A stretch of 61,740 bases of DNA, filler included, from Nemertoderma westbladi (Eukaryota > Animalia > Xenacoelomorpha): NCBI GenBank assembly GCA_032718475.1. It is 3 parts of 3 records of this genome, joined end to end, with 100 filler letters (N's around TTAATTAATTAA, not from the genome) between each part and the next. Parts side by side here need not be neighbours in the genome. Positions count along the whole stretch, not along the records: positions 1 to 23,234 come from JAUCBJ010006223.1; 2 more parts are not named here. One strand, given 5' to 3'. The notes under the pieces were generated by a model, which saw only the letters and a program-made list of their open reading frames with translations, was not told the DNA's origin and did not search any database. The translations under genes and the position numbers were made by a program. This document shows, piece after piece, positions 9,916-21,890 of the stretch; the first letter of the stretch is position 1, and the number at the start of each line of letters is the position of its first letter.

Positions 9916-12516
9916 ATGGAGAGTAATTGGAATCTCCCGACTGATGATGCCCAGTCGCTGTTGGATCAATTACGGTGCTTAATTGTCGAGAAAGACAGAA
10001 CATTGCGAACCCAGGAAGTTCGTATTAGTCATTTAGACTCCACGGTTACTAGCCTGAGACTGGAAAATGAAAAACTATATGGTAGACTTGAAGAGGTTGA
10101 GAAACAACTTCGTTTTCAGAAGCCTTCGATCGCCGTTGCCCACATTGCGGGAGCGAAAACCCAGCATCCGAAGTACGAGAAGACGGGCCACAATTCCGCA
10201 CGGTACAGTCCGAAACAGGCGGAGCCTCCGGTGTTGCGGAGTGTGCGACACGCGATACCTCCGCCGGAGCGTCCCGCAGTCCCCTCGTACCAGCGCTCCC
10301 AGAACCAAACTCCCCAGAACGAACCGAGCCCCACCGCGGGTGTCGCTAAACGCTCGCCCTGGCGCCCAAACGACGCCCGCGTGCACAGGCGGTCAACGAT
10401 AGACGCCTACGAGCTGTCGCCCTACATGCAGGATAAACAGGTGGAACTAATGGAGAAGCGATACGGCGGGAGGTTGCGGGCTCACCGCGCAGCTCGCACC
10501 ATACAACTCGCCTACCGTAAATACAAACTACAGCGCAACTTCGAGAAACTTCGATGCAGTAAAGACAACCGCATGTCACGTCGGTTCCAGTCGGTGGGCG
10601 GGAGCGAGTGGGAAGAGACCCTCCTCCACCACCAGATGGGAGCCCGTCTGGCGACTCCCACGGAGGAGTCTATAACGGAGGCGGAGGAGAACATCTACGC
10701 GACGATACCCGGGGAGGAGATGGGCAACGGGGAGGCGAAACCGGTGCGGAATCGGTCCGACTTCGCGAGCGTAGTCTCGTTGCGGGGTAACCGGGGCGGC
10801 GGGATATTTGTGCCGGCGCCCGGCGGCAGTCCCGGCCTGCTGAAACGCCACTCGGTCGACGCGAACCGGCTGTCTTCCGACTCCTCCATCGACTCGATGA
10901 AAGGCGAGGTTCTCCGGGGCTTCTCCGGCCCCTCGGCCGCCTTCCAGTTCTCAGGCTACTGGCCCCCGCAGTCCGACTCCTCGACAAAGGCCGACTCCGA
11001 GTCGATTCGTTCTGACTCGATGATGTCGGACATGTCGACTGAGTCGACCTCGTTGGACCTACGCCGCCGTTACGAGCCCGGGAGCACGTTGAGTCCGTCC
11101 GGGGTCGGCTGGGCCGACAGCCCCGACTCGGAGTCCTTCCGCTCCACCACGTCCGCTCTCACCTCCCACATCCCGCCGCCAGGGGGCTCCACCCCCGCCG
11201 CCGACGTACAACGCAAACGGCAGTACCGCATCGGCTTGAATCTCTTCAACAAGAAACCCGAACGCGGGATTAAGTACCTCGTCGGGAAGCGGTTTATCAG
11301 CGAGAACCCCGAATCCATCGCGAACATTCTCCTCAACCAGAAGGGCCTCAGTAAGCAGATGATTGGCGAGTACCTCGGCAACCTCCAACTCCCATTCAAC
11401 GGCGCCGTCCTCAACTCATTCATCACTAAACTCGAGTTTAAGGGTCTCGCGTTGGACTCGGCGTTGCGACGGTTGCTGTCTACGTTTAAACTCCCCGGAG
11501 AGGCGCAGAAGATCGAGCGGTTGTTGGAGGCCTTCGGGCAGCATTACTGCGAGTGCAACCCGGAGGAGGTGAACAGAAGGAAGAACCCGGACTCGTTGTT
11601 CATACTCTCCTTCGCTATCGTTATGCTCAACACGGACCTCCACAGCCCCAACGTGAAGCCGGACAGCAAAATGAAACTCGAGGATTTCCTGAAGAACCTC
11701 CGAGGCATCGACGACGGCTCCGACATCCCGCCGGACGAACTCACGGCGATTTACGAGCGAATAAAGGCGAAGGAGTTCCGTCCCCCGGTCGATCACGTCT
11801 CCCAGGTACAGAAACTCGAGCAGAAGATCGTCGGTAAACGTCCGATCCTCTCCTTCCCGCACCGTCGACTCGTCTGCTACTGTCGGCTCTACCAGGTCAC
11901 CGACGTTACCAAGAAAGAGAAAGTCAACCTGCATCAACGGGAAGTCTTCCTGTTCAACGACACGCTCATCATAACCAAAATCCTTGCCAAGAAGAAGTCG
12001 TTGATAACCTACAACTTCCGCGCGTGTTTCCCGTTGTACGGTCTGGACGTTCATTTGTTCGACACGAATCATTACCAGTACGGTATCCGGATCGCGTCTA
12101 CGATAGACGGGAAAGTCTTGATGACCTTCAACGCGCCCAACGAGCACGACAGGAAGGCGTTTATTACGGACCTGCGGGAGGCGATACTCGAGGTCACCGA
12201 GATGGAGAACGTTCGCATAGAGGAGGCGTTGGAGCGGCAGGCCCGGTGCGGGATATCCGTGAGTCCGAGCGAGGAACTGTCCGCGACTCCGGTGCATCTG
12301 AGTCCCCAGAACGCGCCGACCCCCGTGAACGTGGACAGTCTGAAGCGCGGGACTCTGTCCAACTCGCTGCTGGACCTCCACGAGGACCCCGAATCATCGG
12401 GGACCACTCGCAGGAACTCCTCGAGTTCCCTGGATTCCGTTCCCGTTATCAATAAACGGATCATCGGGAACGGAACTGTTAAATGTTTATCCCCCAGACA
12501 CGAAACTGTATTTTAG
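9916..12516 (+). CDS. IQSEC: IQ motif and Sec7 domain Arf-GEF (IQSEC/BRAG/schizo family), single coding exon, 866 aa from the first ATG
   Basis: N-terminal coiled coil; IQ motif AARTIQLAYRKYKL; Sec7 with catalytic FKLPGEAQKIERLLEAF and FAIVMLNTDLH; PH domain RRLVCYCRLYQV...HQREVFLFND. The ORF track starts at GTG 9781; the first in-frame ATG is 9916. Confidence 0.95.
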   Translation: MESNWNLPTDDAQSLLDQLRCLIVEKDRTLRTQEVRISHLDSTVTSLRLENEKLYGRLEEVEKQLRFQKPSIAVAHIAGAKTQHPKYEKTGHNSARYSPKQAEPPVLRSVRHAIPPPERPAVPSYQRSQNQTPQNEPSPTAGVAKRSPWRPNDARVHRRSTIDAYELSPYMQDKQVELMEKRYGGRLRAHRAARTIQLAYRKYKLQRNFEKLRCSKDNRMSRRFQSVGGSEWEETLLHHQMGARLATPTEESITEAEENIYATIPGEEMGNGEAKPVRNRSDFASVVSLRGNRGGGIFVPAPGGSPGLLKRHSVDANRLSSDSSIDSMKGEVLRGFSGPSAAFQFSGYWPPQSDSSTKADSESIRSDSMMSDMSTESTSLDLRRRYEPGSTLSPSGVGWADSPDSESFRSTTSALTSHIPPPGGSTPAADVQRKRQYRIGLNLFNKKPERGIKYLVGKRFISENPESIANILLNQKGLSKQMIGEYLGNLQLPFNGAVLNSFITKLEFKGLALDSALRRLLSTFKLPGEAQKIERLLEAFGQHYCECNPEEVNRRKNPDSLFILSFAIVMLNTDLHSPNVKPDSKMKLEDFLKNLRGIDDGSDIPPDELTAIYERIKAKEFRPPVDHVSQVQKLEQKIVGKRPILSFPHRRLVCYCRLYQVTDVTKKEKVNLHQREVFLFNDTLIITKILAKKKSLITYNFRACFPLYGLDVHLFDTNHYQYGIRIASTIDGKVLMTFNAPNEHDRKAFITDLREAILEVTEMENVRIEEALERQARCGISVSPSEELSATPVHLSPQNAPTPVNVDSLKRGTLSNSLLDLHEDPESSGTTRRNSSSSLDSVPVINKRIIGNGTVKCLSPRHETVF

Positions 12517-15500
12517 TTTTTCTCTCTTTATTTCTCTCTATGCCTCCATTTATAACAATGTAACTTTTACTTCGGAAAGAATTCGGATTCATTGAATATT
12601 TTGTTTAATAATTTATCACCCATCTTAATTTTTTCTAATAATTTAATTGTTTCAGCTGCAGTAGAACTATAAGGAATCTACGTGTATAATAATGATGCTT
12701 ACATATTTGGTTTGATTTGGGTTAAAGTTAACAACTACCGTATTTATTTGATATATAAAGCCACCGGTGGTGCAATAATTAATAACCCGATATCAGGTGT
12801 TCGGATTCACAAATTATTTTTTATGTATAAATTTGAAACGTTACTTACGAACTGTAGTTTGTATTAATTGTATTTTGGAGTGATTATTTTTGATTTGTTA
12901 ATTTACATCTTATTTAAATTTTCATTGGATGATGTTTTATTAATTGAAGGGCAATGTATTTTATTATTAAAGGAATTCATTTGCTGCATATTTAGTTTGA
13001 TTTGTTTGTTGGTTTACTTCCCTATTGTATGTTTGCTTATTTAGTTACCTGCCAGTTGTTCCACACAATAGCCTATGTTTTAACTGTAGTGTACGTTGCG
13101 TAGTGCGTACATCGACTGGATTGAGACGAAATATTACTTCGCTGAGATTGGATTTACCCCCCCCCCCCCCCCCCCCCCCCCCTTCCCCTATATATGTCCC
13201 TGAAAGTTGATTGATCTTGATATTAAATAATTCCATGAATTGGAAACCACAATAATTGGAGGATTGTTAATATATTTTGGTTTATTATTGTGAACTAGTG
13301 AACTGACGTAATGAAACACATTTAGACAGGTTTTTGTTGCTTCTGGTCGCATTACCGCTGCAATTTTAATGAATCAGTACCCTGCTGTGCCGAGTATTTG
13401 ATATTGTTATTTAATATCCATTTCCAAGAAAATTTTGCGATACTGTTGATTAACAATCGATCACGTATGAATGCTTCATTGGTCATACATTCACACCCGA
13501 TTAAGGGCTAGTCTATCGGTTTACTCATGTTGTAGCTGAGATCTCTGTATAATATTGTATACCAGATTGGCACAGACAGCCAACAGTCACATCTGTTTCA
13601 TTTCCATTTAATTGATGCCATTTACTCAATCATTTATCTTAATACAATATACCATTGGTATAGGAGAGCCTGGTGTACAATTCTGCTGGGGTTTATTATG
13701 TCACGATTCGACGAATTCGTTTACTTTTATTGGGTTTAGTGGCAGGAATTATTTATATTCGGTACACAAATAATTAAGGCGACCCCACGATCCTATGAAG
13801 TAGAACTTCCTTCATAAATTCCAATTATAAATATCCGCATCCCGTTTCGAGTAGAAGAGCCTCCATTGCGTGGAATATAATGGTATAACTGGACAGACAG
13901 GCGGACAGTTTCGGTCCTTTCCATTCAATACAACTTGGCTTGCTACGAATAATGTAATCGATTCTCCGCCTTGCTTATAAGGCCCTATAAATAACTTCCA
14001 CGTCGTTATTGTCAATTTATTGTATTATATGACGTAACGTAATGTATGTTTGTTTGTCTGTATATATGATATGCTTTCTTGTATTATTAAGTCAATAATC
14101 TAATGATAATCTGAGATCGATTTTAAAACATTACCAACATTATCAGGTCGTTTATTGATTCATTTATTTCTTTGATTAGATTTCTCTCGCTTATGTATCA
14201 CCTGTCCTGATTTCAATATATCATTTTTAATCCATCATGAACAGATGATGTTCCGTTGTGTAAATTAATTTTAAATTGTTTCAGTTGTCTTAAACTGGTT
14301 GTGTTTTACTTCTTAGTTTCCTAATTCGTATTATTTTGTTATTTCCAGCAGTTGATTTTACCTTCAGTATTAATAATTGTGCCGCGTATATTTTTGCCTA
14401 TATTACTAATAGTATAATAAATGTTCGATTCACTGTTTGTGACGCTATTCTATTAGGCTTACAGCTCATAAACTCTTATATTAAGATTGTAGATGTCGGT
14501 AATAATACATATAAGTTATAACTCGTTTATTTAAACATTTCGAAAAGCATTTTATTTTATTATCCTTAGTTGATTAGATATAATAAAAGGAGTCTAAACA
14601 AACATTTAACTCAAATATAAATTCGGACACAACAATTTTTCAAGTAATTTATTCTAGTTTCTGTTTTCCCATATGTTTTCCTGTGTATTTCGACTTTGTT
14701 GTGTTTCACAGTATTTCGGTTATTAATATTTTGTTTTGGTTTTCTGTGTGTACTCGTGCTACGTTATTTAGTTTGTTAGCAGCGCCCAGTTTATTTAATA
14801 TATTTATTGAGGTAGTTTTCTGGCGCTGCTTCTTTAACTTCAATGTGTCCAATTTTATTGAGTCGTATTCATTAGTTATAATAAATATTCATTCCTAGTT
14901 TTCTCATTAATTTACTACTAATTATTATAACCTATGTAATATAATATTATAAGTGGAATTCCATTCCTTTTTGTGTTTTCAAACAACGTATGTCAAGGGG
15001 AAATCTGCTCACTAGATGGATGGACTTAGAAACATCGATTGTCATCTTAACAATTGATGGGCGTTTCCCCAAAATGTGTAAAAACAAACACAACAGTTTA
15101 GTTAATCGAGAATTGATGAAATGGCTTCTATATAGGTTGCGAGTATTCCGGAAATATGTTTTTCTATGAAATTTCCGGGAAAGTATTCTTCAGTATACTA
15201 TAATTTCCGGGAAAGTATACGACCACAAGAGACAAGACAACGAACCACCTCAACACAACTAATCAGGAATCACTTGTTTCTGGTGTTTACTCTGTATTTC
15301 CTGAATGTGTTTTATCTTTCAAAATATCAGGTGGTAATAATTTGTAAGAGTTAAAAGTGAAAAATGTAGTAATTTCCTAAATTGCGTTCAATATAAAATA
15401 ACTATTTAATAATGAAATTGATAAATAACAATTTTAATTCAAATATTATTATTACAATTTCCAAAAGAAGATGCACCAATATCTAATGAATATATTATAT

Positions 15501-15518
15501 ATATAATATCTAATTGAT

Positions 15519-15640
15519 TAGGGATGTCCCGGAATTCCGTTCCGGCCGGAATTCCGGTGGTTTTTGCCAGATTCCAGTTCCGCCCGGAATTGCCGGAATG
15601 GGGTCAATTCCGGCCGGAATTTTACCGGAATTACCAGTTT
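15519..15640. mobile_element. Orphan hAT-like MITE end with CCGGAAT subterminal repeats
   Basis: TAGGGATG start followed by many CCGGAAT/ATTCCGG motifs; no matching CATCCCTA end found. Confidence 0.45.
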
Positions 15641-15794
15641 GCAAATGAAATTTAATTCCCTGTCGTTTAACCCTATTTGGCCCGGGTTGGTCGTTTTAGA
15701 AATGTTTTTGTAATTCATCTGTATCTTTGTGCCATATTTGGTGGGAATACCAAGATTTCGTGACTTTTCTTTCTTTTCTTTTCCTTTTTTTTCT

Positions 15795-15892
15795 TTGTCT
15801 GTCCAGAACAATCGAACTATTATACTCAAAATTTCCCATCCCTTTTTGTCTGTCCAGAACAATCGAACTATTCTACTCACAATTTCCCATCT
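15795..15892 (+). repeat. Two-copy ~51-bp tandem duplication
   Basis: TTGTCTGTCCAGAACAATCGAACTATT(A/C)TACTCA(A/C)AATTTCCCATC occurs twice. Confidence 0.85.
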
Positions 15893-16607
15893 CTTTTTGT
15901 CAATTTTATCTCTAAAGGATACCATATTTAAACTATTACCTCTTCCAATGATAACCATTAAAATCTTACCTTACGACCTCTACTGCCCTTCCATAATTGG
16001 TAAAATTAGAGAGCCTGTTTGTAAAGAATGTCATCTTTACTTTGCATCGAAAGTTTTACTTAAAAATCACTATATCCCTTCATCGTACGCATGACAGACC
16101 ATGGGAGCATGTCTGTAAAACTAGTATTAATTTGTAATGTTGGTTTAAAGCTATAGTTTATAGTTGACAAATGTATTACAGATTTAATGTTCTAATAATA
16201 TAATAGTAATCATTTAATTTTATATCTTAAAAAGCATCCACCAGTTAAAACAGTGTGCAATAATCGAACTACTACTTCTGCAGTCAGCAGTCATACTTTG
16301 GAGTACCGATTGCTGCATTGAATCATAAGAAACCTAGCCACGATAAAGCGATATGTTGATCTGTCAGTCGCCTGATTTTAATACATGCTCTAATGTTTAA
16401 CAAACTCGACACAAATAATTATTTATGCTATGAGCTGCCATCTAATTCACGTACAATACTAATAAAGTATGTCCAGAATTATCTAATAACACTTAACAGG
16501 AATTCAGAAACATGGATATATCATTCCTAATTGCCAACACTCCGAACTAGGATTATTACCAATTTTAAACTAATCTAATTAAATATTACTGTGCAGCATA
16601 TTATTAC

Positions 16608-17444
16608 TACGGAGCCCCTAAAGGGACATGAGAAAAAAAAATTTTTTTTGCTAACTCGTGCGAACGACTTAGTATGTCGTGCGAACGACTTACTAAGTCG
16701 TGCGAACGACATACTAAGTCGTGCGAACGACTTAACTAACTCGTGCGAACGACATACTAACTCGTGCGAACGACATACTAAGTCGTGCGAACGACTTACT
16801 AAGTCGTGCGAACGACATACTAAGTCGTGCGAACGACTTAACTAACTCGTGCGAACGACATACTAAGTCGTGCGAACGACATACTAAGTCGTGCGAACGA
16901 CTTAACTAACTCGTGCGAACGACATACTAAGTCGTGCGAACGACATACTAAGTCGTGCGAACGACTTAACTAAGTCGTGCGAACGACATACTAAGTCGTG
17001 CGAACGACTTAGTAAGTCGTTCGCACGACTTAGTAACTCGTGCGAACGACTTAACTAACTCGTGCGAACGACATACTAAGTCGTGCGAACGACTTACTAA
17101 GTCGGGCGACATACTAAGTCGTGCGAACGACTTAACTAACTCGTGCGAACGACATACTAAGTCGTGCGAACGACATACTAAGTCGTGCGAACGACTTAAC
17201 TAACTCGTGCGAACGACATACTAAGTCGTGCGAACGACTTAACTACCTCGTGCGAACGACATACTAAGTCGTGCAGACTTATATCGTCGACGACATATAA
17301 TCGTCGACGACTTATAGTCGTTCGCACGAGTTCGTTAAGTCGTCGCACGACTTAAGTCGTCGACGATTCTATCGTCGACGACTATAAGTCGTTCGCACGA
17401 GTTAGTGAAAAAAAAAATTATCATGTCCCTTTAGGGGCTCCGTA
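16608..17444. mobile_element. Non-autonomous TIR element with 6-bp TSD, filled with a 21/22-bp hairpin minisatellite
   Basis: Perfect 24-bp TIR TACGGAGCCCCTAAAGGGACATGA / TCATGTCCCTTTAGGGGCTCCGTA. TSD TATTAC at 16602-16607 and 17445-17450. Internal units GTCGTGCGAACGAC(AT/TTA)ACTAA. Confidence 0.93.
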
Positions 17445-18059
17445 TATTACTGCTTGCGCGGAACCTCCCTTGATTAACCACCTGAGTAATCTGCTTCTGT
17501 ATCTCTATATGCATCAGGACGCGATCGCTATGACACGGGTGTAACCACTACTAACTTGCGGGCTATTCTTTGATTTTTACACCTAGAATTTAGGTGCAAC
17601 TGTTTCGTCAATAATCCATTTCCCAGGGAGTAGTAGCAAATTGAGTGAGTATGGTACTAGTGATGCAACAACTTTGGTTCCGGCTACGAGCAAATTAATC
17701 CTGAGCAAATCCGGAGCTTATTGTGTTGAAATTCGAAATAAAATAATAAGTTATATTCTTAAATTGTTACTTTTTCTCTCGAAAATAACTCAAAATCGGG
17801 AGTAATGTGAGTGAGTACCTTTGCCCTAGGGAAAAAAAGTAATCAATAAGATTGCATTGATTCTTCTTTTTTTCCCGGCGAAAAAGTCAAATTAAATATT
17901 TTTGGTGGAATTTCTTAAATTGTATTACGTGTTGAAAGAGCTTCGACATAGAAAGGGTTAGCACGTAATTTGAGCAAAATCCATTCGCACACTCAAATGT
18001 TATTGCAACTTTAGTGTCTGTAAGGCGAACTCCAAAACGGAACTCAATATCCAATATTG

Positions 18060-18681
18060 GTTTATGTGGGGCGAGACACGTAGTCGGCGAGCCTTGGCAT
18101 ACGGTTCATATAGGGTAAATGGGGCATGTCCGTCTGTCTGTCTGTCTGTCCGTCCGTCTGTCTGGTAAATGTTTGAACGCGAATTTCTCGGCATCGCTGG
18201 TTCGGAATTGAACCAAACTTAGTAGGTAAGTAGTAGAGAGAAAGTTTAGAAAGTTTGGTGAAAAATCATGCAGTCTGACGTCAGCTACGACAGATTTTGT
18301 GGTTTTTAGAAAATGTTAAATTTCTCGGGAAGGCCTCATTTTCCTGAGCTGAAATTTTGGTGGCCTGTAGAGAATCATGAAGTCTATCTTTTACGAAATT
18401 GAAAAGTTAAGACATTTAATTGGGGATCCGCTAGAGACTCAGAAGTAATGACATAGGCCTACCGGTACGGTACTGCTGTACAGTGCTGCACTGGTAAGTA
18501 CGAAATTGCAGAATAACAATTTGACACCACCTAGCGGATTAACATATGATTGTATATCGAATGGGATATGGGGTTCAAACTAGACATGCCCCATTTGCTC
18601 TATATGAACCGTATGCCAAGGCTTGCCGACTACGTGCTGCGCGAAGTCCCCACGAACGTGTAGTTAAGCGGCTCTCTAGTT
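18060..18681. mobile_element. Helentron-associated (HINE/DINE-1-like) non-autonomous element
   Basis: 54-bp inverted repeat (18077-18130 vs 18583-18636, ~3 mismatches), (GTCY)n microsatellite at ~18128-18163, and a 3' end ...CTCTCTAGTT. Confidence 0.65.
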
Positions 18682-19959
18682 ACGTAATAAATATTCGAGA
18701 ACACTAAATTATTTTAGCATTGAGTAAGGCAGCATCAGCAGTAACTATAGAGCATGTAGTAAAATACTGCAGTTCAATTTATTTTGTAACAATATATCGC
18801 TCTTCTTTTATTACATAATTTAGCAACAAAAAGTACAAATTTAAGATTAAAATTACGTATTACATGGGAAAAAGACGTAGAACATTTTTTCAATATTCTC
18901 CCGACGCTTTATTAACCTCGCTGACGCGGTAAATAAAATGCATCGAGATAGTGAAAAAAAGTGTGGGTGAATACTGGTTGGTTACAGGTTGTTTCTATTT
19001 GTGTAAAATAATCAGTTTATTACCGGTACTTAATTAGAACTATTCTATTTACATTATACACTTTTATAAAATAATTCAAGAATTGCTCTCTTTTATCCCA
19101 CACCCCCCAAATATAATTTTTGGCTTCGTCACGTTTTTAGGCATTTGGTTCTGCATCATTGTACAGCAGCCATTATGTTTCTACATTAGAACCAGCAAAT
19201 ATAAGTGCGGCGATGCAGTGACTTACGATGCACTACTTCAATGTTCTATTGAATTTGGTTTATTGTTTTGGTTAGAATATCATACCACTGTAAGCTGCTC
19301 ATTTCCCTTAATTGATAATTTAACATTGCGTTGACATATTAAAGATTCTCCGAGAAAGAATTTGCTTTAAATCCCCCCCCCCCCCCCCCCCCCTCATGAT
19401 CACGATCTGTCTACTATAATAATACATTGGAATTATCAATCCACATATCTCTTGGTCCGACTCCGGCCGGGGCTCATATTGTAACCCGGAGTAAACTCCG
19501 GGCTCCGGGTGAAATATTAGCTCTGTTGCATTGCATCTCTAGTATGTACACGAACCAAAACTATACAAGAGAAGCAATAAAAACATGTCCAGTCATAAAG
19601 CGAGTGGGTTAAATGAAATATCTGCCGAGGCAAGGAAAACAGGAGCACTGGACAGAACCAATATTGGATGTTAGGAACCGGATGCTGTTAGCGAAAAACA
19701 ATTTTTTTTTGAGGTCGATTTTGACAAAGCCAACTAAAGCCTTTCCCAGTGAAAGACCCTGGTGTCCAACAAACTACAGTATCGTGGAATCTGAGTCTCC
19801 TTGTGGTTACTGTCAAAATATAACAAAATTATTATATTTAGAATTAGACCTCTCATGCTCATAGATAAACTACTGTGTAGTGTGTACTATAAGAGCCAAA
19901 TAGATCAATTCAATTGTTCAGATACTAGCAACCGCTTAGCAGATTAGTTGAAGGAATTA

Positions 19960-20640
19960 AATCAACAAGCTTACCTGCAGTTCTGACCATTGTGGCTTCA
20001 AGAAAACATTCGACTCCATCCATAGAGGTAAATGCTGGGAATCCTAAGACCTTATGGAATACCAGAAGTAATCGCGGCTGGCATTGGATTGTTATATTGT
20101 AGAAAAGAAGCTCAGGACTCTGGTCAGATGGTGGAACTGAGTTCTTTCCAATCCTGGCAGGTTACTGCAACTGCCGGCGACACATTGGTCCCAGTACATT
20201 GCATTACACAATCAGGACGGCCACAACAACTGGTGGAGATCAATGGTTCACACATCAGGAACATAGAAGCAGCAGATATACAGCCCCAGACACCGATTTA
20301 CAGATTTGTTTGCCCTGCTCTCCAATATGCCTGAAGATGCACAACTTCTACTAAATAAAGTTGAGAGGGTTGCTAAGGATGTTGTATTGCAAATAAATGC
20401 TACCAACCGAATACATGGCCAAATGTCAATGAAAGCCTAACCGCCACCGATAGTAATCAACAACAGAACGTTTACAAACTTCCAGACTTTCGGTCACGGA
20501 TGAGCAGAGCAGCAGGAAATACATATGTTTGGAACGCCAAGGCATTGATTGGTACATCTATCAAAATTGATATCATCTGAAAATCAAACGACCAAGCTCC
20601 GGGCTCCTGAAGACCAAGTATTTCGATGCTCTGTTGCAAT
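19960..20640 (+). pseudogene. Highly decayed RTE-like RT remnant
   Basis: FKKTFDSIHRGK / MLGILRPYGIPE resembles the RTE motif DFKKAFDSIHR..M..IL.AYGIP; frameshifted and deleted downstream. Confidence 0.6.
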
Positions 20641-21032
20641 GGAATACTACAAGTTTCGCTACGCGGACCTAAGTAATGTAGATTTCAAGAGGGTAAGCAT
20701 GAATTGTATCGGGTTGGCTATCTTTGACAGTCTTACTAAATAGAACAGCGTTTGCTCACATTATGCAAACTACAATTTCATAACCAATATTTCATCTGTA
20801 CAGTTATTATTCCAGACTTCAGACGACCTCTTTCTCAACAATTTCATTTAAAATACAATTATTGCGCAAGTTACTGCTCTATAATACTGCATCGCCAGGC
20901 ATATAATAATAATAAAAACTACCAGTACACTATAAATGGTCCATATAAAATATAAATTATGAAATTAAAACAATCGGAATATTATAAATAATGTATGTAA
21001 CCCTGCATTTAAGAAAATACATTTTTCTGAAT

Positions 21033-21657
21033 AGGGTTGGTGCGCGAAAAAATTGTTGGTCTGGAAACAATTGAATATAAATAAAGGTTTACAAGGTGCC
21101 CTGGATCGAGTGTCGAGGTGTGTTTTTTGTAAAAACACGAGGAAACAGTCGAAATGGTGGGTTTAGGTAAGCCCGGGAAGCCAATTTTGAAAATCGGCTG
21201 TGATTGACTGCTACAGATTTGATGCCACTACAAAGTGATCTGATAATTTCCGGTCAGGCAATCTGCCGAGTTTACTCTTGTGAGCAGCATATTATCAATG
21301 TTCATCACCATGAATTTAATTAATTGTTGTGTCAAAAGACGCGCAAGACTCTCCGCTTTCAATTGATATAAACCACGAGTAAATTGATGAGATTTAATGT
21401 GTATTTGAATCGATGGGAAATCTCTCTCCATATAAACCAAGATAAGAAATTATCAGATCACTGCCTAATGACGTCAAATATGTAGCATCCAGTCACAGCC
21501 GATATTCAAAATTGGCTTCCCGGGCTTACTTAAACCCGCAATTTCGACCGTTTCCTTGTGTTTTTACAAAAAACACACCCCGCCACTCGATTCAGGGCAC
21601 CTTGTTACCCCTTACTCGATTGTTTCTAGCCCAACAATTTTTTCGCGCACCAACCCT
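21033..21657. mobile_element. MITE (~625 bp) with ~175-bp TIRs
   Basis: GGGTTGGTGCGCGAAAAAATTGTTGG... versus ...CCAACAATTTTTTCGCGCACCAACCC, with TA on both sides. The internal core is homologous to 49740-50005. Confidence 0.85.
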
Positions 21658-21890
21658 ATTTCCCCACATGGTTTTGGTATGCGATTCAGTTTTGCTGTCC
21701 AGCACAAATAATTAAAAAAAGCCAAAATAATTATTATTTGTTGTTTTTAAATGTGGAAAATTTAAATTTTGACTCCAAATCATTTTAAATTGTTGATTGG
21801 GATAATTTAACCTGATGCTATTGAGAATCTCTATACGGTGTCTCTATAATCTCTATGTGATTAAAATACTGGGTTACAATGCTGCGACTC

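Noticed and set aside
10067-12464. Overlapping and antisense ORFs within IQSEC (e.g. 321 aa at 11416..12381)
   Set aside because: Expected shadows of a GC-rich CDS with no recognisable motifs. The same applies to those in BECN1, SRP19 and the RhoGEF.
13300-15000. Decayed coding or viral relic in AT-rich DNA
   Set aside because: Only short ORFs and no motif I can identify with confidence.
16650-17405. CRISPR array
   Set aside because: Palindromic repeats are directly adjacent with no unique spacers, lie inside a TIR/TSD element, and there are no cas genes; the context is eukaryotic.
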